A stretch of 64,000 nt of DNA from Eledone cirrhosa (lineage: Eukaryota): positions 184,264,001 through 184,328,000 of the forward strand of contig OZ024740.1 of the NCBI GenBank assembly GCA_964016885.1, in the 5' to 3' direction. The position numbers and the translations under genes are program-made. Position 1 is the stretch's first letter, and each line of letters begins with the position of its first letter. The notes under the pieces are model-generated. The model had not been told where the DNA came from. It did not search any database and was given only the letters and a program-made list of their open reading frames with translations. Of this stretch, positions 12,901 through 23,862 are shown piece by piece.

Positions 12901-15044
12901 GTGAAGGGACTGTTGACTCGTCGCTTCAGCTGGTCGTCGGCTCTTCTATGAGGATATCCGAATATACTCTCCGGTTGAGTGTCCCTCCTAGGTCTCTGAA
13001 ATCACCAACTGCGTTATGGAATTTTATTTTAATGTTTTTTTTATTGTTTCTGTGCTATTCTTACCAGTCTTATGTTCGTTGGTGTTTTGATTGGTGCTGG
13101 TATTATGTAGTCGTGCTGTGAAATGTCTGTGTGTTCAATTATGTAAGTCATTAGTTTCTTGTGTGTATTTATTGCTGTGCATTTCTTTTTCTGGGGGTGT
13201 GGTGTGGTTCTGCTATTGTCTTGTCGTTGTTGCTGGGTGGTGTGTGGTTTGTTGTTGTGATTGCGATGTTGGTGCTTGTGGTGGTGGTGTTGAAAGTGTT
13301 GTTGTTGTTGGCGGTGGGGTTGCCGCCGGTGGCGATGGTGGTGCTAGTGTGGGTGGTGATGGTGTTGGTGGTGTTGCTGCTGTAAGTCTCTTTGCAGTAG
13401 CCTTTACCCTTTTTTCATTTCTTCCCTCCCTTTTCGAAGGCGACGATGCGCTGCTTCTGCGTTTGTGCCTTATTGCGCCATTTTGCCATCCCTCTCCCAA
13501 CTACTGCTGCTGCTGTTCTTGATTTCCATGGTGTGGTATGGGTGCGCATGACCTATCCTTCCTGCTTGCCGCCTGTCCTCTTGCTGGTAACAGTGGAGCC
13601 GGTATCGGAAGGAGGGAGGGGGTCCTCCTTTCTCAGTTTCTTCTCATTGCAGAAGGCCCTGAGGTGAGTCTTCGACCCACAGCGAAAGCATTTCGGGCGT
13701 TTGCCCTCAACACTTATGGGCAGTTGAGTGCCGTTATCGAAGTCTATCACATCCGGGATAGCTTCTATGCACTCCTGGTTGGTTTTAATTAACATCTCAA
13801 TGGAGGTGCCTACACAATCTTCTCGTACTTTTTTCTGTAGTTACAGTACAGTTGTTTTGTCCTCGATTCCGACGAGGACAGACGCGGCCAGCCAAGAAGG
13901 GGCCATCCCGGGCGGGGGTCAGTTTGACCTTCGCAATTTTTTGCCCGCAGTAGGAGGGCACCAACACCATTTCCTTGCTCTTTAGCGTCACTAAGGATTG
14001 AGCCTTTGCCTCCTGGGGTGTGGCAAAAAGCACGTCCACGGTGGCATATTTCTTGCCCCGGGTGATATTCCTTTTCCGCTGCCACACAGACCCTATGGCT
14101 GTTTGTATTTTGGGCCTCTGTTGCACTTTCAACCCTACGTGGTTTTGTGCTTACTGTACGGTACGTGACCGTAGAGTGCTGTTGGGTTTCGAAAAATATT
14201 TCGGCTGACTTGCAGATTGCTCTGTGTCCGGCTTTCGTCACCATCTTCTTTGCTTCTTGTAATTCCTCATTTGTTATAAGAATGGTTTCCAGGTTCTTTG
14301 CGATACCTGCAAACGAGATTGGTTTTTCTTTGTTGTTGTTGTTGTTGTTGTTGTCGTCAGAGCTGCTGTTACTGTTGTTGTTGCTGCTGGTACTACGACC
14401 GCCACCGCCGCTGTTGCTGTGGTTGTTGTTGTTGCTGCTGCTGGTTTTGTTGTTTATGCTGCTGCTGGTGTTGTTGCTTATGCTGCTGCTGGTGTTGTTG
14501 CGGCTGCTACTAGTGTTTTCCCTGTCACTGTTGCTGCTGCTGCTATTATTACGGATGCTGCTGCTGTTCTTCATGGCGTCAGACGAAAGAAATGGCTTTC
14601 CGTATTTACCGCACACATTTTTCGTCGTTGTCGTCGTCGTGGAGAAATGTTCCACGGAATACACGTTCTCTTGGTGAAAGCTACCAGAAACTATATTTTT
14701 CTTTTTCTTTAATGGCGTCGCTTGCGAAAGAGGCGACACCACATTTAGAGGAGGGAGGGAGAGAGACAATTTTCTCTCAGATGTAGTGACGATTGATGAT
14801 GAAGAAGAAGAGGGAATGAGTGGGAGTGACTCGTGAAAATTATTGTTTTGTAGCCATGTCTTTTTGGGTTTAAAATGAATATTACCCTGAAGGGCCAGAT
14901 AACGGACAGAAAGACCCCTCTCACGAGGAGGTGGAGGGTGTTTTTATCTACAAATTGGTTCAAGTTTTAAACAATTTACAATTGTTATAGCGGTTAAAAA
15001 TTACTATACCTTACAGAGCCGAGCCTCCGTCAACCATGGCATTC
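9902..15044 (-). mobile_element. Tx1-type retrotransposon copy 3, near full length, with much of RT deleted at about 11590
   Basis: ORF1 pieces (13810..14769; knuckle CFRCGSKTHLRAFC), APE and C-terminal ORF2 pieces; both ends at (AAT)n (9869..9901, 15045..15107). Confidence 0.85.
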
Positions 15045-15085
<41 letters not shown>

Positions 15086-15107
15086 TAATAATAATAATAA
15101 TAATAAT

Positions 15108-18100
15108 GTTTTCTTTATTAACCACAAGGGTTTACATAAAGTAGACATTAAGGACAGTACAGGACAATACATAACGGTACAAATGGGCATTTCTGCGTGT
15201 AAAAAAACAGAGGATGAAATAAAATAACAAAGAAAAATTACCCAATAGGGGGGAGACTTCCGAGGGACATTTGTGGAGAAAGCCAATTAAAAGACCACAG
15301 TGGCCCTGACCACCAGGGCAGGTGCCCTCTCCCAGTTTTCCACCTTTAATTTACAGACACATACTCAGAGAAGGCCCATTCACTCGGACCGTTCTTCCTC
15401 TCTCACCCATCTTTCAACAAAATGCTGGGAAGAGAGCACTTCCCTCTCTACCCAGATTTTCCTTTTCAGATGAAATTTGAAAAAGTTAATCAGGGCATCA
15501 CCGAAGAGGTAAGTGCTCGTCTTCAGCGCTTTCAAACGTGTCCACCATACTATCTCTTTCGCCATGGCCACCAGACAGATAAAAACTGCCTGCCCTTCCC
15601 GGCTAAAGGAAGAGGGCGGGGCAATCCTCACGATGGACTCAGCTGATAACTGGATCCGTCCTACACGTGACAGCAGGTGTACGACATAAACCCACAAGTC
15701 AGCAATGCTGGGACAATGGACGAGTGCGTGCAGGACGGTTTCGTCGCTCTGCGCGCATCTCGGACATGCCCGGCTGACGGCACCTCCATGCCTGTAAAGT
15801 TTATACCGAACTGGCAAAGCACCCCGGTAGCACTGCCAGGCCAGGGATTTCTGGAAGTTGTCCATAGGCCCCGGCCCGAAAGTACTTCCGAAGAGATTGG
15901 CTAGTTGATTTTCGTCGACGCCTAGAGTTTCTCCAAGTACGTCGTCGCTCTTCCCTTCCACTAATCCTCTATAGAACGCCAAGGTGGAGTTTCCACCGAT
16001 CACATTGCCCGATTGGTCAAGGGCTGTAAGCGACTGAAGACATTCCAGTCTCCAAGCGCTCCCTCTCGGTCTTCGCTTGACCCAGGACTGCAGCTCCGTC
16101 AAGGAGACGAGCTGGGGAAAAACGTGTCTAGCAAACGGCGACCACACCTGATCACCGTCGAGGAAGAGGTGGAGATGTAGTAGCCTAAGCGCGTGTCTGC
16201 GCATCATCAGCCACGGCATGCCCAGCCCTCCACGTAGCGGGTGTTGACAGCAGATGGACCGCCTGACCATCGGAGCGCGTCCCTTCCACAAGAAGCGAAA
16301 GAGCAAACGCTCCAGCGCAGTCAGGCGGGGCTTAGGACAAGGTACGACGGTCAGGCGGTAGTAGATGAGTGACGCGATGTACGCGTTCGCCACCTCCGCT
16401 CGACCTTTCAGGGATAGCTTCCTCTCGGCCCATTTCTGGGTGAGAGAAGCCACCCTGCTCGTCACCTCGTCCCAGTTTTTGTCCGTCTGGATGTCTGGAC
16501 CGAACCAGACCCCTAGCAATTTAACCGGTCTGTCCGTCCAGCGCCCGACGACGCTGTTGGACGGCATGGACCTGCCTCTCCAGGTGCCGAGCTGCAAGCC
16601 CACTGACTTTTCCTGGTGGATCATTGCTCCTGTCACCGCTTCGTATTCTCTTAGTGTAGTGCCGATCGCCTCGATGTGTTTGGCGCTCGACACCACTACG
16701 GTGACATCGTCGGCATATGCTGACACGGATCTTCCGCATCCTAGTTCGCGCGGGACCCCCCTCAACGGCTCCAGTTTGTGCAGTAATGGCGCGAGAGTCA
16801 ATACGTACAATAGGGTCGAGAGGGGACATCCTTGGCGGACCGAGCGCATGATTGTGAACGGTTCCGAAAGGTGACCGTTCACTCTCACTACAGAGCAGAT
16901 GTCGCTGTGCATGGCAGCGATCCAGCCTCTGAAGACGGGCCCAAAGCCAGCCGCCCTCAGGACTGCCGCTAGGTAACGATGGTCGACCCTATCAAAGGCT
17001 TTCGACTGATCTAAATTGATCAAAGACCCACCCGCGCCATGTTCCTTAGCTACCCTCTCTACGATGTATCGCATGAGGTGGAGGTTGTCGTGAATGGATC
17101 TGTCGGGAATGGCGCATGTCTGTGCCTCTCCCACCAGACCACCAACGACAAGCGCCAACCTCTTTGCTAGCACCTTGGCCAAAATCTTGAACTCTGTGTT
17201 TAGCAGAGTTATGGGCCTAAAATTATCTTTGTTATCCCCCTTGTTCGGATCCTTTCTCAGCAGCGCCGCCGCTCCTCGGCTCACAGAGCTGGGAATTCTC
17301 CCGTTCTGTTGCCAGTTGCAGTAGACGTCCGCCAAGAGGCCTCCGAACAAGTTTGGCATTTGTACGTAAAGTTCATAGGGCAGACCATCCAAACCAGGCG
17401 ATTTACCCCTTGTGCAACTAGTCATTCCATCCCGTACTTCAGCGGTTGTTATCGGCTTTTCGCAACACTCCGCCTCAGTGGCCGAAAGCCGCGGTAGTCC
17501 GTCGAGGTAGACACTAAAGTCCATCCCTTGATCCGGCCCGCCACTGCCCCCGAACAGTTGAGCGAAGTGTCGCTGAAAAGCTTCACACATTTGCCCGGGA
17601 TCGAGTAGCATGCGCCCGTCGTTGTCCACCAAAGACCGGATCGTGGCTCTGTTGCCAAGACGCGCCTCCGCCACTCGGGCCCATTGAACGGCTTTCGTCC
17701 CCTCGTGTCTGAGAGCACGCACCCTAGCTCTGACAACGCAGCCTTCGTGCTTTGCATTGAAGTATTGGTCAAGAGCCAATTTCGGCGCAAGTGCGTCGGT
17801 CGCGATGCCTTTGCTAAGCGCCTCGTCTAATTTTCTAACTAATTCTCCCTCTGCTCTATTTTTCTCTATTGCTAAAGTCTTACTAAACCTAATGGACTCT
17901 ATTCTAATTGTTCTTTTCAGAGCAAACCACCACTTGTTGTTGACGATGGCCCCCGTCAACGCCCGCTTAACTAGTTCGCTAATCCGGTCTCTGTAGGCCT
18001 TGCGCGCTGGTAAGGACACGTTTAGCTTCCAGTAACCAGGGCCTCGTCTATGAAGTCTATCTAAGTCAAGCACACAGATCACGAATTTGTGGTCTGTGTA

Positions 18101-19119
18101 GCTGACTATCTTGAATTGTGGACAGCCTATGCTAGACCTATCTATTTCCCTACAAAATATTCTATCTAGATATGATCTGGATGACCCTATGCGATTTGTC
18201 CAAGTCCACATTAGTACATTCGGGAAATCCATTCGGTACCTGTCAGACAGTTCAAAACGTCTGAGCAGGTTGGTGAGACTCTTGCACCCTCCTTCCCTAT
18301 CCACTAATCCCACACAATCCCAGCGTGCATCTATGATCCCGTTCCAGTCGCCCACTAACACTAAAGAGCGGGACGTTCCAAGAAAGCTCTCCAGACGCCG
18401 GAAGAAATCAGGCCGCCCTGCTCCTGTCGGGGCATAGACGGCCACTAACCTGAAAGCTTGGCCGTCTCCGCTGGTCACGTCCTGCACCACCAACTTACCT
18501 TCTGGGTCCAGGAAGATGGCCCGTATGACAAGATCCGAACCTCTCCGAAAAAGCACAGCAACTCCTCCCCCCGATCCCGGACGGCTGGGAGATGCGTACA
18601 CATCGTAGCCGCCGAAGATCGGTGCGAAAGCCTGTGCTTCGGAGATTCTGGTCTCGCTGATGGCCACTACATCTATGTTTAGTGACCTGAGGTCGTTGAG
18701 CAGGTGGCCCTGCTTCCATGACGACCCCAAGCCACGCGCATTTATGCTGCCTATTCTGAGTGAGGTCATGTTGAAAAGGAGTGGAAAAGATGGGAAAGAC
18801 CACTTACCTTACTTCTCGTAGGGGAAGGACGGTTTTTCCATCCTTTTAACTGCTTGTGGCCTCCTCAGGAAGGATGTCCTTATGAATCCTCCTGGAGAGT
18901 GCTTGTCGGAAGTCTCCGATGTCTTTGGGGAATTTTTGTTTTAGTGTCATGTACGTTTTCTGTGTGATGCGAGTGATTTGTATGTGTGGAGGTGGGGTGA
19001 ATTTTGGGGTTGTTGTGTAGTCTTTTTCTGTGATGCTGGTGTTGTGTTGGATGTAGTGTAATAATTGGTTGTTGTTCAAATTTAATGCTGTGTAGTGTGT
19101 ATCGTTTTGGTTGTTTTGT
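15108..19119 (-). mobile_element. Tx1-type retrotransposon copy 4, 5'-truncated upstream of ORF2
   Basis: Uninterrupted ORF2 plus 3' UTR ending AATAAAGAAAAC(ATT)n. Confidence 0.92.
15380..18769 (-). CDS. Tx1-type ORF2: APE endonuclease, reverse transcriptase and C-terminal CCHC finger (1129 aa)
   Basis: INARG, ISET, GDWNG, YLDRIF, YTDH; GKSPGLDG, NFRPITLL, LDQSKAFD, VRQGCPLS, YADD; CPRC...HALVHC. The last residues appear frameshifted relative to sister copies. Confidence 0.93.
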   Translation of the reverse strand: MTSLRIGSINARGLGSSWKQGHLLNDLRSLNIDVVAISETRISEAQAFAPIFGGYDVYASPSRPGSGGGVAVLFRRGSDLVIRAIFLDPEGKLVVQDVTSGDGQAFRLVAVYAPTGAGRPDFFRRLESFLGTSRSLVLVGDWNGIIDARWDCVGLVDREGGCKSLTNLLRRFELSDRYRMDFPNVLMWTWTNRIGSSRSYLDRIFCREIDRSSIGCPQFKIVSYTDHKFVICVLDLDRLHRRGPGYWKLNVSLPARKAYRDRISELVKRALTGAIVNNKWWFALKRTIRIESIRFSKTLAIEKNRAEGELVRKLDEALSKGIATDALAPKLALDQYFNAKHEGCVVRARVRALRHEGTKAVQWARVAEARLGNRATIRSLVDNDGRMLLDPGQMCEAFQRHFAQLFGGSGGPDQGMDFSVYLDGLPRLSATEAECCEKPITTAEVRDGMTSCTRGKSPGLDGLPYELYVQMPNLFGGLLADVYCNWQQNGRIPSSVSRGAAALLRKDPNKGDNKDNFRPITLLNTEFKILAKVLAKRLALVVGGLVGEAQTCAIPDRSIHDNLHLMRYIVERVAKEHGAGGSLINLDQSKAFDRVDHRYLAAVLRAAGFGPVFRGWIAAMHSDICSVVRVNGHLSEPFTIMRSVRQGCPLSTLLYVLTLAPLLHKLEPLRGVPRELGCGRSVSAYADDVTVVVSSAKHIEAIGTTLREYEAVTGAMIHQEKSVGLQLGTWRGRSMPSNSVVGRWTDRPVKLLGVWFGPDIQTDKNWDEVTSRVASLTQKWAERKLSLKGRAEVANAYIASLIYYRLTVVPCPKPRLTALERLLFRFLWKGRAPMVRRSICCQHPLRGGLGMPWLMMRRHALRLLHLHLFLDGDQVWSPFARHVFPQLVSLTELQSWVKRRPRGSAWRLECLQSLTALDQSGNVIGGNSTLAFYRGLVEGKSDDVLGETLGVDENQLANLFGSTFGPGPMDNFQKSLAWQCYRGALPVRYKLYRHGGAVSRACPRCAQSDETVLHALVHCPSIADLWVYVVHLLSRVGRIQLSAESIVRIAPPSSFSREGQAVFICLVAMAKEIVWWTRLKALKTSTYLFGDALINFFKFHLKRKIWVEREVLSSQHFVERWVREEERSE

Positions 19120-19685
19120 TGGAGACTTGATGTGATGGGCAGCGTGATCCACTGGCACCTATGCAAAGTAAACAATTTACAACATTCTGAGAAGTGGTAT
19201 GAGCATAAGCCAGAGTCGGTGATAGAAAACGATCAGGTGAAGGTGCTGTGGGATTTTAGGATAGAGGCGGACAAGAAACTTGGATAACAATAGACCTGAC
19301 CTGGGGGTTTTGAACAAGGAAAAAAGATCATGCCTGATTGTGGATGTAGCCTGCCCATTCGACACGAGAGTGCAAGAGAAGGAGAGGGAGAAAATTAACC
19401 GATACCAGGACTTAAAGTGGCAGGTAAAAAGGATTTGGAACTGCCATGAAGTCAAAGTGGTCCCGATTGTCATAGGCGCACTAGGTACTATCGCAAAAAG
19501 TTTCCAAGGATGGTTAAAGAAAATTGGCCCCTTCACGCTTTTTGGAACGCTTCAAAAGGCATGCTTGCTGGGAACAGCAAGAACCCTCCGATACGTCCTG
19601 AATACCTGAGGCTGCACGTGTGGCTTGATATTCATTTCAACAAACTTTCCAGTTAACTAACATCAATGACTGAGACTCAAAAAAC
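19120..19685 (+). mobile_element. Dong copy C, 3' fragment fused head-to-head to Tx1 copy 4
   Basis: Matches Dong A from about position 892 to its 3' end; tail (AAT)n 19686..19718. Confidence 0.9.
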
Positions 19686-19717
<32 letters not shown>

Positions 19718-19718
<1 letters not shown>

Positions 19719-19892
19719 TGTTTCTACTTTTGGCACAAGGCCAGCAATTACCCTGTACATTACTTGTACTTTATTTTATCGACCCCGTAAGGATGAACGC
19801 AAAGTTAACCTCAATAGGATTTGAACTCAGACTGTAAATGGACGTAAGTATGCTGGAAAGCATGGCGTCCGACCTCACACCGATACTGCCAA
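19718..19892 (-). mobile_element. tRNA-derived SINE family 1 with (ATT)n tail
   Basis: A-box-like TGGCAGTATCGG, B-box GAGTTCAAATCC, 3' end GGCCTTGTGCCAAAAGTAGAAAC(AATT); (AAT)n on both sides. Confidence 0.8.
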
Positions 19893-20079
19893 TAATAATA
19901 ATAACAATAATAATATGTGCAAAATATCAGGAAAGTTATGGACAGTTGATGGAGACAAATTCAGTAATACCTAACACCACTGGTTATGGTCTGCTACCAC
20001 AAAATATTTGGATTTTTAACGTTATCTTAGAAAATAGTGCAATAGTATTAATATTAATAATGACAATAATGATAATATA

Positions 20080-20820
20080 TGTGTAAAGGAAAAATGACTG
20101 GTTGATGGAACTTGAATTGGAAGGAATCAAAAGGAAAATACTTGAAGAAAGTATGAATGAAGAAATTGATGAAAATGAGGGACTTAAAAGGAGTGATGGC
20201 GAGTCTACAGTAAATGAAAAAAGAAAGATTGGTAGTAGAAATAAGAAAGAATTAAGTATGGAAGATCAAAATGCTGTCAGAAATTTATCAAATGATTAAA
20301 AAGGAGGGATTCCCAGATTACAACGATTTCAAAAAGGTGCATACTGGTCAGCTGGAAAACATGACAGGTAAAGTGAATAGATTAGTTTGGTATAAAAAGT
20401 AGGAAATATCACAGAAGAGAATAATTTTAATCTGTGCTGGAACAACATGTAGTAAAGATGTTGGGACTAAAAAGTAAAAAAAAAAGAAAAACAGAGCCGT
20501 GATGGGAAGAAATGTATTCAAATGGATATAAAGATTTAAGGCGAGATGTAAATATAGTTGAGAGAAAGACCTGGGGTCAATTGAGATATGAAAATAAACA
20601 AAATGAACTAAACTAAAAATACAAATCCAGGAGAATGGATTGGATGTTTTTTTAGAAACGCTAAAACAGAGACTGACAGCTAAAACAGAGACTGACAGCT
20701 AAAACAGAGACTGACAGCTAAAACAGTGAAAATTAAAAAGGATGACGAGAGATTAGCTCATTACGGACAAAATTCGAGCATTTAAGACAGAAAAGAAGAC
20801 ATTCTATCAAAAACTTAATG
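20080..20820 (+). pseudogene. Degenerate N-terminal ORF region of an R4/Dong-type element
   Basis: WLMELELEGIKRKI, DIKDLRRDVN, LETLKQRLTAK-like segments; 19-bp unit CTAAAACAGAGACTGACAG repeated 3 times at about 20661..20727. Confidence 0.5.
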
Positions 20821-21649
20821 AATATATAAATAATATTTATAGTAAATATTATTACTATAAATTATATTTTCATTACTATAAATAATATTTATAATATTCA
20901 TTACTATATATAATATTTATAGTAATAATATTTATAGTAATGTACTGGGTAATTGCTGGCCTTGTGCCAAAAGTAGAAACAATTATTTATAGTAATAGGA
21001 GCTCATGGATGGATAAAGTACCAGTAATGTACTGGTGTCGATTTAATGCACTTTTCCCTTCCCCAAATTGTTGGCCTTGTGCGTAAATCAGAAACCAGTA
21101 TTAATATTATCATTTATATTATTATTATCATTTATATTATTATTATCATCATTATTATTTTGCATATTATCACTACATTACTGAGCACGGCTCAGTGTAC
21201 CTTGAATATGTGCAGTGTGGGTTTTGGTGATGTTGTTTCTATTGTATTGAGACTACTCTTTGTAATATGTGTTCAGTGTTTAGTAGTGTTATTTTTTTGC
21301 ATGGTGTATAAAATGCTAAGTCCTGGGATTTGGGTTTTGCATCTGTCTGTCAGTTTTGTTATCATTACCAGAGCACACATTATTATAGGTATTGTTTCTT
21401 TTTTCATCATCCACATTCAGATTATTTTTATCTCCAGATAATTTCTATTTGGTTAGCTTCTCCATTTCCATGATAGATGTATTGTCGTCTGTGTTGATTG
21501 ATACATCAATTAGAAGATACGTTTTGTTTGTAGTTTTATTATTATTAGTAGCAGTATTGTTGTTGTTGTTATAACTCTGCCAAACAGTGCAGATGGATAA
21601 TGCACCGGAGTATTTAGTCATCTGTCAAGTCACAACAAGGACATCAAAC

Positions 21650-22090
21650 AGATAATACTTTCCTCAGAATGTGTACAGTACCTAGCAAAGCCACCTTTTA
21701 TATGATACCTAACCTGTATGGTTTCCTAGTGGCTTTAAACAGTTTTGAGGTTTCAGTGAGATTGATCTAATACCCGATCACAACTGGTATCACTTTCACA
21801 TTAGCCTCTTGCATTCCAAATAGTCTTGCCAGTTCCACTTTCAATTCAGAATATTTGGTGATTTTTTTCAATCTCCTTACTTGTAATATTCATACCATTT
21901 GGTATGGCTATGTCTATGATCTGACAGTATTTGTCTTTCTTGTTCAGTGCAACAATGTCCGGTCGGCAATGCTTAATTACTCTATCAGTTGGAAAATCAT
22001 AATCCCAGAATATCGTTGCTTTCCCATCCGCCTGCATTATTTTACAAGGCACATGCTCATACCAATTCCATATGATTTCATGTTGGTATT
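21650..22090 (-). pseudogene. Old R4/Dong-type endonuclease fragment
   Basis: WYEHVP...IFWDY...HCRPDIVALNKKDKYCQIIDIAIP. Confidence 0.7.
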
Positions 22091-22130
22091 TATGATACAA
22101 GTCATTGTTATTATTATTACTATTATTATT

Positions 22131-22360
22131 GGGTGGTGGAATTGGACACCATACTGGTAGAGCATTGGACACCATACTTTGCAGCATGCAGTTATGGCCC
22201 TTTACGTTCTGAGTTCAAATCCCGCCGAGGATATCTTTGCATTTCATCTTTATGTGGTCGATAAAATAATACACCAGTAATGCACTGGTGTCGATTCAAT
22301 CGACTTTCCCCTCCTCTTCAAGTTGCTGGCCTTGTGCCTATAGAAACAATTATTATTATT
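22131..22360 (+). mobile_element. SINE family 1 copy flanked by (ATT)n
   Basis: GAGTTCAAATCCCGCCGAGG B-box; GGCCTTGTGCCTATAGAAACAATTATT end. Confidence 0.75.
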
Positions 22361-22380
22361 GACACAAGCTATAATTATAT

Positions 22381-23253
22381 AACTCCACCTTGACTTTTTA
22401 TAGAGGATTAGTGGAAGGAAAGAGCAACAACGTCCTTGGGGAAACTCTAGGCGAAAACCAACTAGCCAATCTTTTCGGGAGAACTTTCGGGCCGTGTCCC
22501 ATGGACAACTTCCAGAAATCACTAGCCTGACAGTGCTACCGAGGAGCCTTGCCAGTTCGGGATAAACTCTATATGCATGGAAGTGCCGTCAGCTGAGCCT
22601 CTCGGAGATGCGCACAGGGCGATGAAACCGCCCTGCACGTACTCGTCCAGTGTCCGAGCATTGCTGATTTGTGGGTTTATGCCGAACATCTGCTGTCACG
22701 TGTAGGAACGGATCTGGCTCTCAGCTGAGTCCATCGTGAAGATTGCCCTGCCGCCTCCCTTTAGCCGAGAAGGGCAGGCAGTTTTTATCTGCCTGGTGGC
22801 CATGGTGAAAGAGATTGTATGGTGGACACGTCTGAAAGGTTTCAGGACCGGTACTTTCCTCTTCGTGACGCCCTCATTAACTTTTTCAGGTTTCACCTGA
22901 AGAGGAAAATCAGGGTGGAGAGGGGAGGCGCTGACCTCCAGCCAGTTTGTTGAAAGGTGGGTGAGAGACGCAAGAATGGCCCGTGTGAATGGGTATACCC
23001 TCAGCGTGTGCCTGTAGCATTGTAGGAGGAAAACTGGAAGAGGGCATTTGTCAGGGTAACCGTAGCTTTTCTTGATGGCTTTCTCCAAGAGCAACCCTCT
23101 GAGGTCACCCCGCTATTGGGAATTTTTCATTATTTCCATTTGTCACACTCTGTTTTTTTTTTTTTTTTTACATACAGAAATGCCCATTTGTATTGTCCTG
23201 TGTTGTCCTTAATGTTAAACTTTGTGTCAACCCTTGTGGTTAATAAAGAAAGC
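22381..23253 (+). mobile_element. Tx1-type 3' fragment (copy 6)
   Basis: Matches the ORF2 C-terminus and 3' UTR; ends AATAAAGAAAGC then (ATT)n 23254..23301. Confidence 0.85.
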
Positions 23254-23301
23254 ATTATTATTATTATCATTAGTATTATTAGTATTATAATTATTGTTAT
23301 T

Positions 23302-23862
23302 TTTGTGTCTCAGTCATTGATGTTATTTAAATGGAAGGTTTGTTGAAATGAATATCAAGCCGCTACCTGAAGCCTCAGATATTCAGGACATATCGGAGGG
23401 TTCTTAATGTTCCCACCAAGCATGCCTTTTGAAGTGTTCCGAAAAGTGGGGCTGGACTAATCTTTTTTAACCATCCTTGGAAACTCTTTCAGACAGTACA
23501 TAGTGTGCCTATGACAATCGGGACGACCTTGATTTAATGGCAGCTCCAAATCGTTTTACCTTCCACTTTAAGTCCTGGTATCGGTTAATTTTCTCCCTCT
23601 TCTTTTCTTGCACCCTCGTGTCAAATGGGTAGGCTACATCTACAATCAGGCACGATCTTTGTTCCTTATCAAAAATCACCAGGTCAGGCCTATTGTGTTC
23701 TAACTTCTTGTCCGTCTGTATCCTAAAATCCCATAGCACCTTCAGCTGATCGTTTTCTATCACCCACTCTGGTTTTGCTAATACCACTTCTCAGAATGTG
23801 GTAAATTGTTTACTTTGCATAGATGCCAGTGGATCACCCTGCCTATCACATCATGTCTCCAG
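23302..23862 (-). mobile_element. Dong copy D, 3' fragment, tail-to-tail with Tx1 copy 6 and head-to-head with Tx1 copy 5
   Basis: Reverse complement matches Dong A from 891 to the 3' end (VLWDFRIQTDKKLEHNRPD). Confidence 0.9.

Noticed and set aside
8464-14712. Poly-Leu/Val/Cys ORFs resembling membrane proteins
   Set aside because: Antisense readings of AAC/AGC triplet runs in Tx1 ORF1
20661-20727. Short direct repeats as a CRISPR-like array
   Set aside because: Spacerless 19-bp tandem duplication within a eukaryotic retroelement remnant
23806-23862. Shared N-terminus MFTLHRCQWITLPITS of ORFs 23806..25815 and 18846..19175 as a real protein leader
   Set aside because: It is antisense Dong sequence at the chimeric junctions; it marks the shared breakpoint and has no coding support
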